Assembly (NCBI GenBank): GCA_002189035.1
Contig: CM007992.1
Coordinates: 1,116,001 to 1,180,000, forward strand
Length of the DNA: 64,000 nt
Reading direction: 5' to 3'
Source of the DNA: Utricularia gibba
Taxonomy: Eukaryota; Plantae; Magnoliophyta
Shown here: piece after piece, positions 26,101 to 38,974 of the stretch
How the letters are laid out: each line of letters starts with the position of its first letter
Position numbering within the stretch: the stretch's first letter is position 1
Notes under the pieces: model-generated
Database searches by the model: none
What the model was told of the DNA's origin: nothing
What the model saw: only the letters and a program-made list of their open reading frames with translations
Made by a program: the position numbers and the translations under genes

Positions 26101-28081
26101 ATGAGCTGCTTACCTCTTCTATGTGGGAGCAAACCCGAATGCGGATCTGAGGATTCGGTTTATGTGGATGGTAAAATTCAAGGATTTCTTTCTTGTGTTT
26201 AGTTAATTTGGGTGGGGCTTGGTGTCTATAGGGTTTCTTCCCTATAGAGGATATGGGTTAAAGTCCTACTTTTTGCGCCTGCACCATCAAGTCATCCGTT
26301 TGGATCTATTCGTGGGGTGAAGTTGAGTTTTCATGTGCAGAGTTCGCAGAGCTGCTCAATATCCACATTTTCAAGTACAGGGAGCTGAAAGCTGCTACGA
26401 ATGATTTTAGCTTGGTGAATAAACTTGGGGAGGGAGGATTTGGGCCTGTATATAAGGTTGTTAATTCTGTCTCCGAATATTCTTGTTGGTGTGGAAGTTT
26501 TTAATGGCCTTTTTTGCTATCCTTACTTCTTTAGGATGATGACTGAATTCTGTACATCGATAATATGATCAGGGGAAGCTTCGAAATGGGGAGATGGCTG
26601 CTATTAAGATTCTGTCACCTCACTCGAAGCAAGGAAAGAAGGAGTTCCTTGCTGAAATTCAAGTTATCTCAAATATTGACCATGAAAACTTGGTGAAGCT
26701 CCTTGGTTGTTGTATAGAAGGAGACAGTAGGATTCTTGTTTACCAATATCTGCCGAATAACAGCATTTCTCGAACACTTCTGAGTATGCTTCTTCCCTAT
26801 TGATGTTTTTTGTGATCTGATAATGCAAGATGGTGTCCCTTATTGCATATGATTCTGTTGCTTCTTTAGGTGGCCACAGCACCATCCACTTCAGCTGGCC
26901 AACAAGAGTTAAGATTTGCATTGGGGTGGCTCGTGGACTCGCCTATATTCATGAGGGAATAAATCCGCCGATTATCCATCGAGACATCAAAGCAAGCAAT
27001 ATTCTCCTTGACCAAGATTTTAACCCCAAAATTTCAGATTTTGGCCTTGCAAAGTTCCTTCCTCCGGACAAGACTCATATTACCACGAAAGTTGCAGGGA
27101 CTTTGTAAGTTGAAATACTCTGCTGGAGATGACTTCTTGTAGCCATTTTTGGCAATTCTCCCATTGTTTTTCACTGCATTCATGCCATTCAAAAATCCTG
27201 AACTCTGACATTGATTTTTAAGTTTGTTTATCAGATTTCTGCATCACAGTGATGCAGATTGCCAATAAAACATTTCAAGAAGTCTTTCTGAAAGTTAGGT
27301 CCTGTTTTATACTAACAGAAACCATATGTTTTGCAGGGGCTATCTGGCACCGGAGTATGCACTTCAAGGTCGTGTCACTAAGCGTTCCGACACTTACAGT
27401 TTCGGTGTGCTTCTTGTCGAAATAGTGAGCGGATCAAGCAACATGAGTAAAAGTTTGTCCATGGATAAGCACTATCTTATTGAGACGGTATGCCTGCTGG
27501 TTCATTATAAGTTTTAATTAGCCATTGCTCTTCTTGCACAAAAGCTTTATGCTGAAACCAAGCTACCAGCATCAGGAAATTGGTTGTGCTGCAAGTTTAG
27601 GACTTGGAACTGCGGCCATTTTTAGTCATGCTTTGACAACCTGAAGCTTCATCTTTGTCTAGGCCAGCAAACTAATTACAAGCAATGATTTCCTTTCCTT
27701 TAGGCGTGGCAACTTCACCAGAGGGAGGAGCTGGTGACGCTGGTGGACACTGCCCTCAACGGCGAATACGATGTTGAACAAGCTCTCAGGTTCTTGAAAG
27801 TGGCACTACACTGCACCCAAGATGACCCTCATCTCCGGCCAAACATGTCCACGGTGGTTCGGATGCTCACCGGAGAACAAGATGTCGGCGACAAAAAAAT
27901 CAGAATGCCGGGCTTGATATCCGACTTTATGGGATTGAAGAGCAAAACCAAGCCGGAAAATCTCCGTCCACCTCGCGGTCGTCCTAACATCTCGGAAACA
28001 ACAGAAAATATGACAGTTATATCTTCTCCTTGCTCTCCGGCCAACATAACGTTCACCGACATCTGCGATCGGGCCCCTTGA
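26101..28081 (+). CDS. CRPK1: Receptor-like cytoplasmic Ser/Thr kinase, CRPK1-like (6 exons, intact)
   Basis: [10 protein letters not shown]-terminus; [70 protein letters not shown]. No ectodomain or transmembrane segment. Orthology versus paralogy is not established. Confidence 0.88.
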
Positions 28082-28319
28082 GCAAAAGTTGCCATTTTTA
28101 TTCCTTTGATTTCTTGACAGTCAACCGGAACGCCGCTTGTACCAGCTGGAAAAGATGGGCTGCATTGGCGACGGAGCTTCGATTAGAGGGTTTATTTACA
28201 TTCCTGAAATGCCCCTTCGTTTGCAAAAATACCTTTTCTTCGTTAATATTTTTTTATTATTTTATGTTAGTAGTAATGTAATAATGTATTTTTTATATGT
28301 GGAAATTGAGACTATATTA

Positions 28320-28835
28320 TATGTTTATCTAAATGATATAATTGATCTTTCAAAATAATGTTTAATGTCCATTATTTGAAAATTATTTATAATTGATCTT
28401 TACTGTTCTAAAATCTGATAAAATTAGTTCATAATATTTAAATTAATGGTAAAATCAATCCTTAATTAAAAATCCCAATTTTTTTTATCTAATTTAATTT
28501 TATTATTTCCAATCGATTTCCAGTTACCGTCGACTGCCACCAACCATTACCAGTGACGTTCGACGGCGACTGGAAGGCGATCGGAGAAAATTGAGATCAA
28601 TTTTTGTCAAATTAATTAATAATATAATCAAATATATCCGATTTTTAAATATTGATAACCAATTATAAGTAGTATTTAAATATTAGGGATAAAAAAATAA
28701 TTGAAATAAATATATTGGTATGTTAAAATTTGAGGATTAAATATGTTAATGGGAATTATTTATACCATTTTTATTAAAAATTAAGAATTAGTCGTGCTAA
28801 TTTTGAAAATTAAAGGGATTTATACGGCATTAAAT
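28320..28835. mobile_element. Degenerate non-autonomous element (Mutator/MITE-like), copy 1
   Basis: Shares TTTATCTAAATGA(T/C)ATAATTGATC..CAAAATAATGTTT and AAAATTT.AGGA.TAAATATG..AATGGGAA with 47055-47440. GC-rich core (28520-28590) between AT-rich arms. Exact ends and TSD not resolved. Confidence 0.55.
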
Positions 28836-29571
28836 ACCATAAATTAATTTTCATTTATTATGTGGTTTATGATGAATGGATAATGTATTTCTAATTACAG
28901 TTAACGTCGGGGTCAGTAATGGGTCCCACCTTCTTTGACGGCTTAAGATCGGTATTAAGATACTAAGTAATCCAATTGGAATGAGATTCGATTCGCCATC
29001 ACCAGACGCTTCTCTGACTCCGCATGACGCTTTTTTCAAGCTTTTGAGCTGCCGCTTTTCTCATGGGAACCGTGGTGAAAGCGAGTGTAAAAGCTTAGGG
29101 CAGTAACTTTTTCCATTGGCGAGTGTTGGGCGTTGTTGCCGAGCTTGGGCTGATGGGATTCGTGTTGTGGCTCGCCCTTTAGGTTTTGTGGCGTTGTTTG
29201 GCTGCTGGGGTTGAAAGGGTGAAAATGCTGCGGTCTCATTTATTGCTTTCTTGAAGGCGTACATGTGAAGCAATTAGTTGTTACTTATTTTTTTGTTTTC
29301 TAAGTTACTCCGAGATGTCGCATTGCGGATCTCGAGTTTCCGCTTATGCGCCATGCTTGGAATCTGTGGATATGGAATATGTACAGGTTATGTTGAGGGG
29401 AAGAATTAGGTAGTTTGACGGATTTGCGCTTCTGGGTATGGGGTTTTGCTGCATTTTAATGTTAATGGTTGGGACGTATAGTAGCTGAAGAAGACTAATT
29501 TTTGACGTGGTGTTAGGTTGTTGAGGCTGGGTTTACTGTTCATTTGGAAGATTTTGGGTTCTTGACAGGTG

Positions 29572-32500
29572 ATGGAGGATATCGGATTGTTCAAACAAGG
29601 TTTGAAATGGTTGCAATCGAAGGACTGTTACTCTGTAGCGAGAACTACCATGAGATGCATTCGGGACAAGATTGGAATATTCATGGAGAGGCATTGGCCG
29701 ATGGCTTGTTGTGGATGCGCAAAAATTTGGAATGTTGTTGTGCTTATATTGGTTTTCTGGAGAAACAGCCTTTTCTCTGGGTTGGAGTCATCTTTTCAAC
29801 TTGGATCTGCTGCGTTGCTAGTTATTATGTGGAGCTGCTTCATCAGTTTGACATCAATATCATGTCTTTTTTATGTCGTTCTTAGTATGGTATGATTCCT
29901 ATGATCACGTGCCTTTCATCTTTGCTTATTGATTGAGAATTTCATTTTCCGTGTAATTTTCTGATCAATTCTTATACCGGTATGGATTCATGAAGATTGA
30001 TTATTTATTGGGCAAAGATATTGATCTATAAAATGCTGACTGCAAATGCTTGACTCGTAGTGTCCCGTAATTGGAAAATGTTCCAACCAATGAGTGGTAC
30101 TGATATTTGTGGTTTTCGCCTTAGTGGGGAACAAATTGAACATTTTGTCTGACATATTTCTCTTCGTAGAACAATTTTTGTCTGCAAAGATTGATTGGAT
30201 GTATGCTTTTCCCTCCCTTTTTTTCCATTTATCTGATATATTTAATAAGAACCCTGTCGTGTAGGCATAATCTGATTCCTTCTCTGTTTACATTTTTCTG
30301 AAATGATTTAGACTCTCTTCACCTATTTTCAGGGAGCAGCTGGAGTTGCTGTGCATTGTCTAGGTTACACTCATGGTCTGTTCATTGTTGGGCTTTTTGT
30401 AGTTTTGGTTTTATGGATGTACGCTAACATATGGATTACTGGCGCCTTGTTCATGATTGGTGGTAAGTCATATGTTTATTGGTTTTCTAGTTTTTTCCTC
30501 GTACAAATTGCGATTTCTATGATCTTTTCTATGTCCTTTTAAATTTTTATAGATATATTTATCATCTGTAAAAAATTATCTCCTGTCCTTGGTGGAGAGA
30601 GTCCATTCTAACCATCTGAACTGTTTGAGTGTGGCCGCTTTTTCTTTGATTTCGTGCATTCTCTCAAGATTATTCGTTATTGCACCTTTGTGTAACGGCT
30701 ATATCAATTGTTCACATCTTCCATTTGTAAACTTACAGCTCCTTATGAAGTTTCTAATTCCAGCTCGATTTTGTAAATACAGGATATTTATTTTCATTGA
30801 ATCATGCACGGCTGGTGGTGCTTATGGCTATTCTATATGCTGTTTATTTTGTCCAAGTTCGAGTAGGTTGGCATGGAGTTTTTCTAGTGATTAACCTTGC
30901 TTTCCTATCTCATGACACATTAAATTATTTGATCAAACGATGTGATAACTTGAGCGAAAGCACTCACTTTGATGAGCCCGAAGTACCTGAATCCTTGAAA
31001 GAAGATGGCTTTTCAGAAGAGGCTGGGTGTTCTGCTCCTGCTGATTTAGAGGGAGAACAGGGTCTAGAAAACTCGAACGCATGCAAATCAGCTAAAAGTC
31101 ATTCTAGCACTTCATCTGTTGTAGAAATGCCAAAGGAATTAGATGCAAAGAAAGTAGTTAGAGAGGAGAATGGTTCTTTGGTGGAGATGGAGAGAATACT
31201 AAGTAGTTCTGACCACTATGAAGCTCTTGGTTTTGACCGGCATAAAAAGATAGATAACTTCTTGTTGAAGAAGGAGTACCGCAAGAAGGTGGAATATCTA
31301 CTTTTCACAAAAAAAATGAAAATTTTGTAGCTGTATTCATGTTAGTAGAGAATTTTTTGGAGAGCACATTTGATTCAGCGATGCACTTTTTCTGATTAAA
31401 AATTTTTACTTGTTAGGCCATGCTGGTTCACCCTGACAAAAATATGTGTACATCACTTGCAAGTGAGTCATTCAAGAAACTCCAGTGTGCATATGAGGTA
31501 AGTTCATTAGCGTCTTGTCTTTATGACTGCCTGATTTTATCGTGGATTCCCAATGCTGTTTTCCTGTTTATTCAGATACTTTCTGATGCTGTCAAAAAGA
31601 GGGACTACGATGAGCAGCTCAAGAAAGAAGAGTCCAAGTGTGCTATCCAGAAATCGGGGAGCAAGTTTTCCCAAGTAAGTATCATATATAACCTATCCTT
31701 GTTGGTTTTTTCATGTATTTTCTACTTTGAAATTTGAGATGGACATCTGAAAACTTGGAGTAGGTTTACTGTTTACATGTTTTTTAATGCAGAGTACCAC
31801 AGACTTTTGTTCAGAGGAGTCGAGGTGTATTCAATGCACCAAGTGTGGGAATTCACACGTTTGGATTTGTACAAACAGAGCCAAGGCCAAAGCAAGATGG
31901 TGTCAAGTTCGGTCTCCCTCTGAAAGAAATTGAGATTCTCCTGTTTTTATTCTATGTGCACATACAAGCTTATTTCTTGATCCAAATGCAGGACTGCTGT
32001 CAATATCATCAGGCAAAAGATGGTGATGGATGGGTAGAGTACAAAGGCTCACTCGTTTTTGGTCTTCCTCAAGCGGTATGCCTAATTTTTTTCAATTCTG
32101 TGCAGTGTCATATATGTATCAGATACAGTAGTATTGTGGTGCATAATTTCGTAACTCACTTGTGAGACCCTTCTGTTTTCGCAACCTTATATATTCACTT
32201 CTTAAGTTCTGTTGGGCAATCCTGTCATGTGAGCTTCTGATGATATGCTCCCCCTGTCCAGATCGACATTCCTCGTGCTTTTGTATGCGCTGAAAACAAA
32301 ATCTTTGATGTGTCTGAGTGGGCAATATGCCAGGTGATCCAAAATATGCATTATTCTTCATTGTGACTGATCCCAATACCTTAGAACCCACACTAACTTG
32401 GTTGGAACTCCGCATATGTGGCACAGGGCATGGCTTGCAGACCGAACACCCACAGGCCAAGTTTCCATGTGAACATGGTTGGACTGGAGAGATCAAACCA

Positions 32501-32693
32501 GAAATCCAAATCCAGCCGATATCCCTGGGAGTTGGATGCCGAGATGCTCGATGAGGAGGATGAATTCGAGATGTGGCTGCAGCAAGCTTTGGCATCTGGC
32601 CTATTCTGTGAAACCACCAAACGGCGCAAAAGCTGGAGCCCATTCAAACTACCCCAGAAAATTGGAAGGAAACAGTGGAGAAGACTGTCATAG
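29572..32693 (+). CDS. DnaJ-domain protein with N-terminal membrane region and Cys-rich Jiv90-like domain (DNAJC14-like), 9 exons, intact
   Basis: MEDIGLFKQG start and hydrophobic exons. J domain DHYEALGF...KKEYRKK|AMLVHPDKN...AYE|ILSDAVKKRDYD. Cys-rich part CTKCGNSHVWICT...WCQ|DCCQYHQAKDGDGW, then CRPNTHRPSFHVNM; stop at 32691-32693. Confidence 0.9.
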
Positions 32694-33150
32694 AACTCAG
32701 AAGATGAAACAGGTCATTGCGTTGTGATGGATGCAGAGGGAATCAGATGTGATACGATGCAAGTGGTTGGGTTACCTTCTTCTTCTTTACTGGGTCAGGT
32801 GCTGTAAATAAAAGGGTTTGAATCTGGTCTCCATCCCTCCCTCGGCTGATGCAGTTGCAGGCTTGCTTTAGGAACTCACTGGTAAAACTCCTCATCTGGG
32901 GCTGCTGTAGCTGATGGAATAAACTTGGAAAATAGTCTCTCGTTTTCTCGGATGTAGAACTGAACAAACTAATTCTAGAATTTAAATTAAAATAGAGATT
33001 CAGTTTTTATTTGAAATTATGATCACTTCCGTAATTTTAGTTTTTATTTTAAATCATATAGAACATAATTAATTTTTAAATTATTTGAATAGAATCATGG
33101 TAAAATTGCTTCATATAATATTATAAAAATTTATTATAAATTGTAATAAG

Positions 33151-33153
<3 letters not shown>

Positions 33154-33223
<70 letters not shown>
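33154..33223. repeat. (AT)n microsatellite, about 35 units
   Basis: Read directly from the sequence. Confidence 0.97.
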
Positions 33224-33227
<4 letters not shown>

Positions 33228-34844
33228 TTTATAATAAATAAAATTTAATATTATAATTTTTATAATTAATTTTTTATTTAATCACTAAAATATAAACTCA
33301 TATTAATAATTTTTAATTTAATTATATAATCATAATTTTTGAGTTTATTATGATTAAAAATTAAAATATTCAAAAATTAAATAAAATCAATTTAAAAATT
33401 ATAAAAACAGAACAGGTTGAAGTTATTTTAATAAAATACAGGTTGAATTTTTAGTCTTTAAATAAGAGTCTTTTTAGAATAGAATTAATTTATTTTTGTT
33501 AATAAAATTATTTTTTTAAAAAAAATAAATATATAAAAGGTTCCAATTGCTTGATTTTAGTATATTAATAATTATATTTGACATTTTTTTGTAATTAAAA
33601 ATTGTATTATTTAAGTTATGTTCCTTACAACTTTTATTTTTATTTTTCACTTTTAAAATTAAAATTAATATTTCATAAATATAAACTATATTTATTTCTA
33701 AAACTTCAATAAATTCAAATTATAAAAAGGTAAATTTTTTAAAATTTAAATATTACCAAATACAAAATTGAGGTTTTTTATTAAATATTATTGTTTATAT
33801 CAAAACTTGAATGTTAAAAAAATATTTTTGTGTGAATTTAATGTTATTATTTAGAAAATTAATCTTACTTATAATTTATCTCACACACTCAATTAAAAAT
33901 CCTATATTTACCCAAAATCAATTTTATCAGGCATGATGCTCACTTTTCTAATACACCCATTTAAGTCCAATAGTGGAAATGGTTCTGATTTGATACTGCT
34001 TTTGATTGTGATCCGAACCGCCGAAGGGACAAGTGGTTTGGGCTCAAATGCCGGGGAGAGCAAGCCCCCATTCCAGTGTTCCGAATCGAAATTGGAATCG
34101 TAATCTACGATGAACTGTGGTTTATGAATCAATGATTCAAAAAAATCATTCAGTTCTGAATCGAAGCAGAATGGTTCGGAACCGGTAGCAATCCTTGGGT
34201 AGCCAGCCCCTTGTGTGTTCAATCTCCATTCACTTAATGGGGGTAGGCACAACAGGGGGGCCGGCCGGACCCATCTTCACTTCATCCACGAAAGCCGCAT
34301 ACGCATATTTATTTCTATTGCTGCCTGCCTGCCTGCCTGTTTTCTATTGATTGACATTTTTCTTCCTGTTTGTCTCCGTGAGAGTTGAAGGATCTTTAGC
34401 ATTGATCTTCTCTGTTTCCTCCATTTTGGATTGTCAGTTTTTCCTTTTTCCAAGAGGAGTGTGAAATTACAAATAATAATAGAACTGGAGTCTTGTCTAG
34501 TGGCTGCATCTGCATCAGCCATGGATCTGTATCCTGCCTCACAGCTGGATCTGGGAGACAATCTGCTGCCTCGTTCGATCTGCAAATGCGGGTAGCTTAC
34601 AGTAAATCGGCCATGCCAGAAGCCCCCATCAAAATTTCATAAAAAAAGAACAGGAAATGTCCTCTGGAGTGTTTCTGATGAAACCAAAACAAAAGAGAAA
34701 TGAAGGGGTGTTACTCCTATTCTACACTCAATTTACACACGTTCTTTCAAGCACACTAAACGGGTGTCGATCCAAATTCTATCGGTAAGAATCATGACTC
34801 ATGACCCGACACTACTTTTGAAAGTAAGTATCCAATGTATTAGA

Positions 34845-37340
34845 TGAATAATCTGAAATTCAATTACATAATAAACATGAATTATATTAAAAAATATTAG
34901 ATTTAATCAATGATTAATGATGTATATTTAATTATTTCAATTTCAAATCTCGATATGATATTATTTATTCAAATACACACCCTCAAGTTGAATTAGTATT
35001 TAATTTGATTAATACTTATTTTTTTGATTGTAGATACCTATATATCTATCTAATTTTTATCGTCCAAATTCAATATATTTTCTAATTTTTTTAATTGAAA
35101 CTCATACCAATACAAAATCCATTTTTGACATCAAAATCGTGATCTAATGCTATGTTAAAATTAAAAATTAATAGGTAGGATGAACATATGTAAAGTTGAA
35201 AGGTACAAAAAATATAGATTATAAAATATTAGTGTCAACCAATTAATATTAATATACAATTTATTATATATTTTAATATTTATTTTTCTAAATCATAATA
35301 TATGATTATTTATTCTAATAACTTCTATTGTGAACCTAGAATGCCGATTCTGCTGAAATGCTCAAAGCCGTACTAGTCATATGTTCTTTTGCAGCCAAAG
35401 AATCTTTTGATCTCATGATTTTTGCCTTCACCCTCGATACAGCAATAACCATACGAAAGAATGATGTAATTTGCATACTGAAATCTCATGTGGAATACCT
35501 TCACCCATTCACGCATGCATTCATCCAATTAACGTAGAACAATCTAGAAAGGTTCAATTCAATCATATGCAACAAACCAAGATGCATAGTAACAGTAATT
35601 ATTGTTGAAATTTAAGATATGATGAATCAAACGAATATACATGAAGTTCAATTATATAAAAAAAACATATATTATACTAGAAAAGATTAGGTTCAATCAA
35701 TTACTATTAATTTGTAATATCTTATATACTTTACTATTTCAATTTCAAATAAAATCCAGATATGGAATTGCTTTTTCTAATAGCATGTTGTTTGGAGTGG
35801 GGTTGATGGGATCATAGGAAGGATTAAAAAAGCATGGTGGTTGCCTGGATGGATAAGAAGAGGGATGGGGGAAGGGGAGGCGACGTCAAATCAAGAGATG
35901 CACGTGAAACAAAGTAGCCCATCAGCTGCTCAGCTTTTCAATTCTTACACTCCTCCTAATTTGTACCAAAAGCCAGGCCTCCCCCTCCCCTCTGCTCCTG
36001 CTTGCTTGCTTGCGAGCATTTGCATGCTCTGGCCCCAATCTATCACTATTTTATTGTTCTTCACATCTCTCTATTTAATGCATTCCCACCAACCACAGCG
36101 CACCGCTCCACACATTCCATAAGAATCCATCTGTTACAGAAAAGCCACAGAGAGGCTGCCGATCCACCATGTTAAGGGATGGTGATTTTCTTGGATTAAG
36201 ACTGAGTGGATGATTCAATATGGTATCAGAACATGGTGACTCAGATGGATTCTTGGTTTCTTTGTTGAGTTTCGAATGGTTTTATTCATGTTTTGTTGCT
36301 GGATATGAAAAAGGGGGGAGGGAATAATGGATTGATTGAACATTGAATGAATGAGGTTTCTTTGTCTTGAGTGGGTTGTGTCTGTCCGCAAGCATGCGAA
36401 GAATCCCATAAAAAACTTTATACGTAAAATGGGTTGCCCCAACAACAACAGCATCTTTGGTTTCTTCCTCACGCTTTTCCCCAACTTCTCCCATCCCCCT
36501 CCTCCATATGCTGCTGCTGCTACTGCTGCTGCTATACACGTAGCTTCTTTTCCATTTCTTGCTATGCCCGGTTCAGTCGTATGACTAAACCCGAGAAACC
36601 ACATTTCACCAATGGCGCTGGTCAGCACTCAACATTCTTTTGTTACAGCACTTGCTGATAAACCAGAAGCAGCATAAGAGTTCGACTGCGGAGTTCATGG
36701 GACCATAGAACTTTATTACGCATTTCGATGCAGCTCACACCTGAGATTCCTCGTGCACCAAGCTCTGCCCAGCTAGAAATTGTTCGGTTAATCCAACTGC
36801 AGTCTCTCTTCTGATCTATAAAATGAGCATTTCGGGTTCAGTTCCTTCTGATATACACCATGCAAGTTCAGCTTCCAAGATCTGTAACCCTAAAACTTTT
36901 TTCCCCACTGTAATGAATTTGATTCTCACTGGAAACAAACAACTAAACTACGATATGTCTTCACTTTTTGCCCAAACTTGGCAGACAATGTACACTAAGA
37001 ACACGCTAAACACTGACCCTTTCTTTGAGTGAAAATAAAATGGTTTTTTATTCATCAAAAGTACCTCAGTTTGAGCAACTACCCACATTAAATGACCCGA
37101 GCTGCTTGCTGAAAGAAGTTTCCCTGGAACACAAAAAGGTGGGGAGGAGGTTGAGCAGTAGCAAACGAATAGATGAGTATTGAAATTAAGGATGGGATGT
37201 ATTCTATAATTAAACGTAAAACAAACATGGATTAAGTTAAATAAATTAGGCTTTATCAATTACTAATTATATATAATTTTTTATATAATTGAATATTTTA
37301 TTTTCATTTTCGATATAATATTATTTATTCTAATACACAT
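34845..37340 (+). repeat. Four copies of a short AT-rich dispersed repeat (about 34845-34980, 35175-35300, 35630-35750, 37200-37340); further copies near 42640-42725 and 45610-45740
   Basis: Shared blocks: AAACATGAAT.A.ATTA.AAAA.ATTAG.TT.AATCAAT; CGATAT(G/A)ATATTATTTATTC(A/T)AATACAC (copies near 34950 and 37310); GGATGAA(TA)CATATGTAAAGTT (35178 and 45611). Confidence 0.6.
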
Positions 37341-38974
37341 AACAAAAGTAGACACACTTTTGGTCATTTTTTAAGTGAACCGTACGCCCCCGATTCTCTT
37401 TTATTTCACAACAAACATTAAGACAGTTTAACACGTGAATTATACAATAAAATGCTACAGTTTTTATCTTAAAAAAAAGAAAAATGTTCGAAGCTGTTCA
37501 CCCACGTACCAATATAGCAGCTTTACTGTATATTATTATAGAATATATATATATAGTACGTGGCATGCAACTTGCCATTTAATGATACTCACAGATCTAT
37601 ATATTTTTTTATTTTTTGAGAATAAAAGAAACTAAAGTATCTAATTTTAAATACAAAATTTAACTAATATCTTCTTTTTATAATTATTCAAAATATTGAA
37701 TGTACAAATCGTTTCTTCGTATTAGTTTAAAACACTAAATATAGTGTTGCTTCTCGTCCGTAAATATTGATAGTTTATAAATTGAATGTTATCTCGTCAA
37801 TTGGATAATGAGCATTCAATTTATTTGATATTTCTTCAATTTCAAATAGCCTAAAGTACGAAACATGACACGATCTTTATAATCAAAAATTGATGTTCCG
37901 TATGTAGTAAATTATGCCCATATCCATATTGTCATCTTAAAATTCTATAGTATCATAGAATATTGATTCGGATTACATAGTGAAAATATTGAAAAAATAT
38001 TCAATAGATGATGAAAATATTTTCATAGAGCATACGGTCGTGCTTGATTGGGAATGTTTTTTTTTGCAACACGTATCACTATGGCTCGTTGTATGACTAT
38101 ATCACTCATATACTCATTTTTTTGAACATATAAATAGTATATACAAATAAAATAAAGAGTATTAATTATATATATATAAATTGAATATTTAAATTTGTAT
38201 TCTTAAAAATCAAACTTTATATACGATTAAATATATGTATAATCAATTACATTATACTTAAATATTCTAATAACTTATTATAAAACTAACTCTCAATCAA
38301 ATGGGAAGAAGACAATCGGAATAAGCATCCCCAAATGACAATATGAGCAGAGAATCAAACCATTCTCAGATACCAGTGCCGTAGCATAACTACACTTCGC
38401 AGAATTCCATGGCACCTCGGAGAAGAAGAGGAATCTGATGCATAGGAGGCCGGAGCTGATGACATGATCGAAATAATGGGTTTGCAGTTTAAAGTAAAAA
38501 TCTTTTAGGCCAAGCTGAGAGCCCTGGACAGAATAATGCCTGAAAACGAAAACCGAATGTCTCTATTCTCAAGATTTCACAGGTAAACCTCCGGCAGTAG
38601 GATTCCCTATTTCCTTCCAAGTGTGTATAAGGGGAGGGTTTTAAACCCTAAAAAAAGATGCTTAAGTTCAATGATTGCTGATGTGTTCTAATCTTAGAAA
38701 CTGGATCGCTTTTCTGTAAAAACATTTACTCGTGTTTTGGGTAGTTGTATCTGCAAGTTTGAGGATGAGGTACTGTTGCCCTTTGCAGCAGCCGCAGGAG
38801 GTAGTCTCCTCAGTAAAGTTCCTGTTTCTTTATCGTTTTTTTTTTTTTTTTTTTTACTGGGATCAGATTATTTCCCTGTCGCCAGTATATACTCTCAGAT
38901 GGATGTTACCATTGCTTTGGGTTTTTGTCTTCTTTCCCATTGAATTTTGTCGGTGAAATCACGAAATTTAGTTC

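Noticed and set aside
33908-34252. 114-aa minus-strand ORF
   Set aside because: No ATG start and no recognisable motif. The DNA is rich in GAATC/GATTC/GGTTC words like degraded MITE sequence (similar texture at 3085-3230).
34385-34408. miR393 target mimic on the minus strand
   Set aside because: Pairing to the miRNA 3' half is perfect, but the seed region has several mismatches and the bulge is 4 nt and off-centre.
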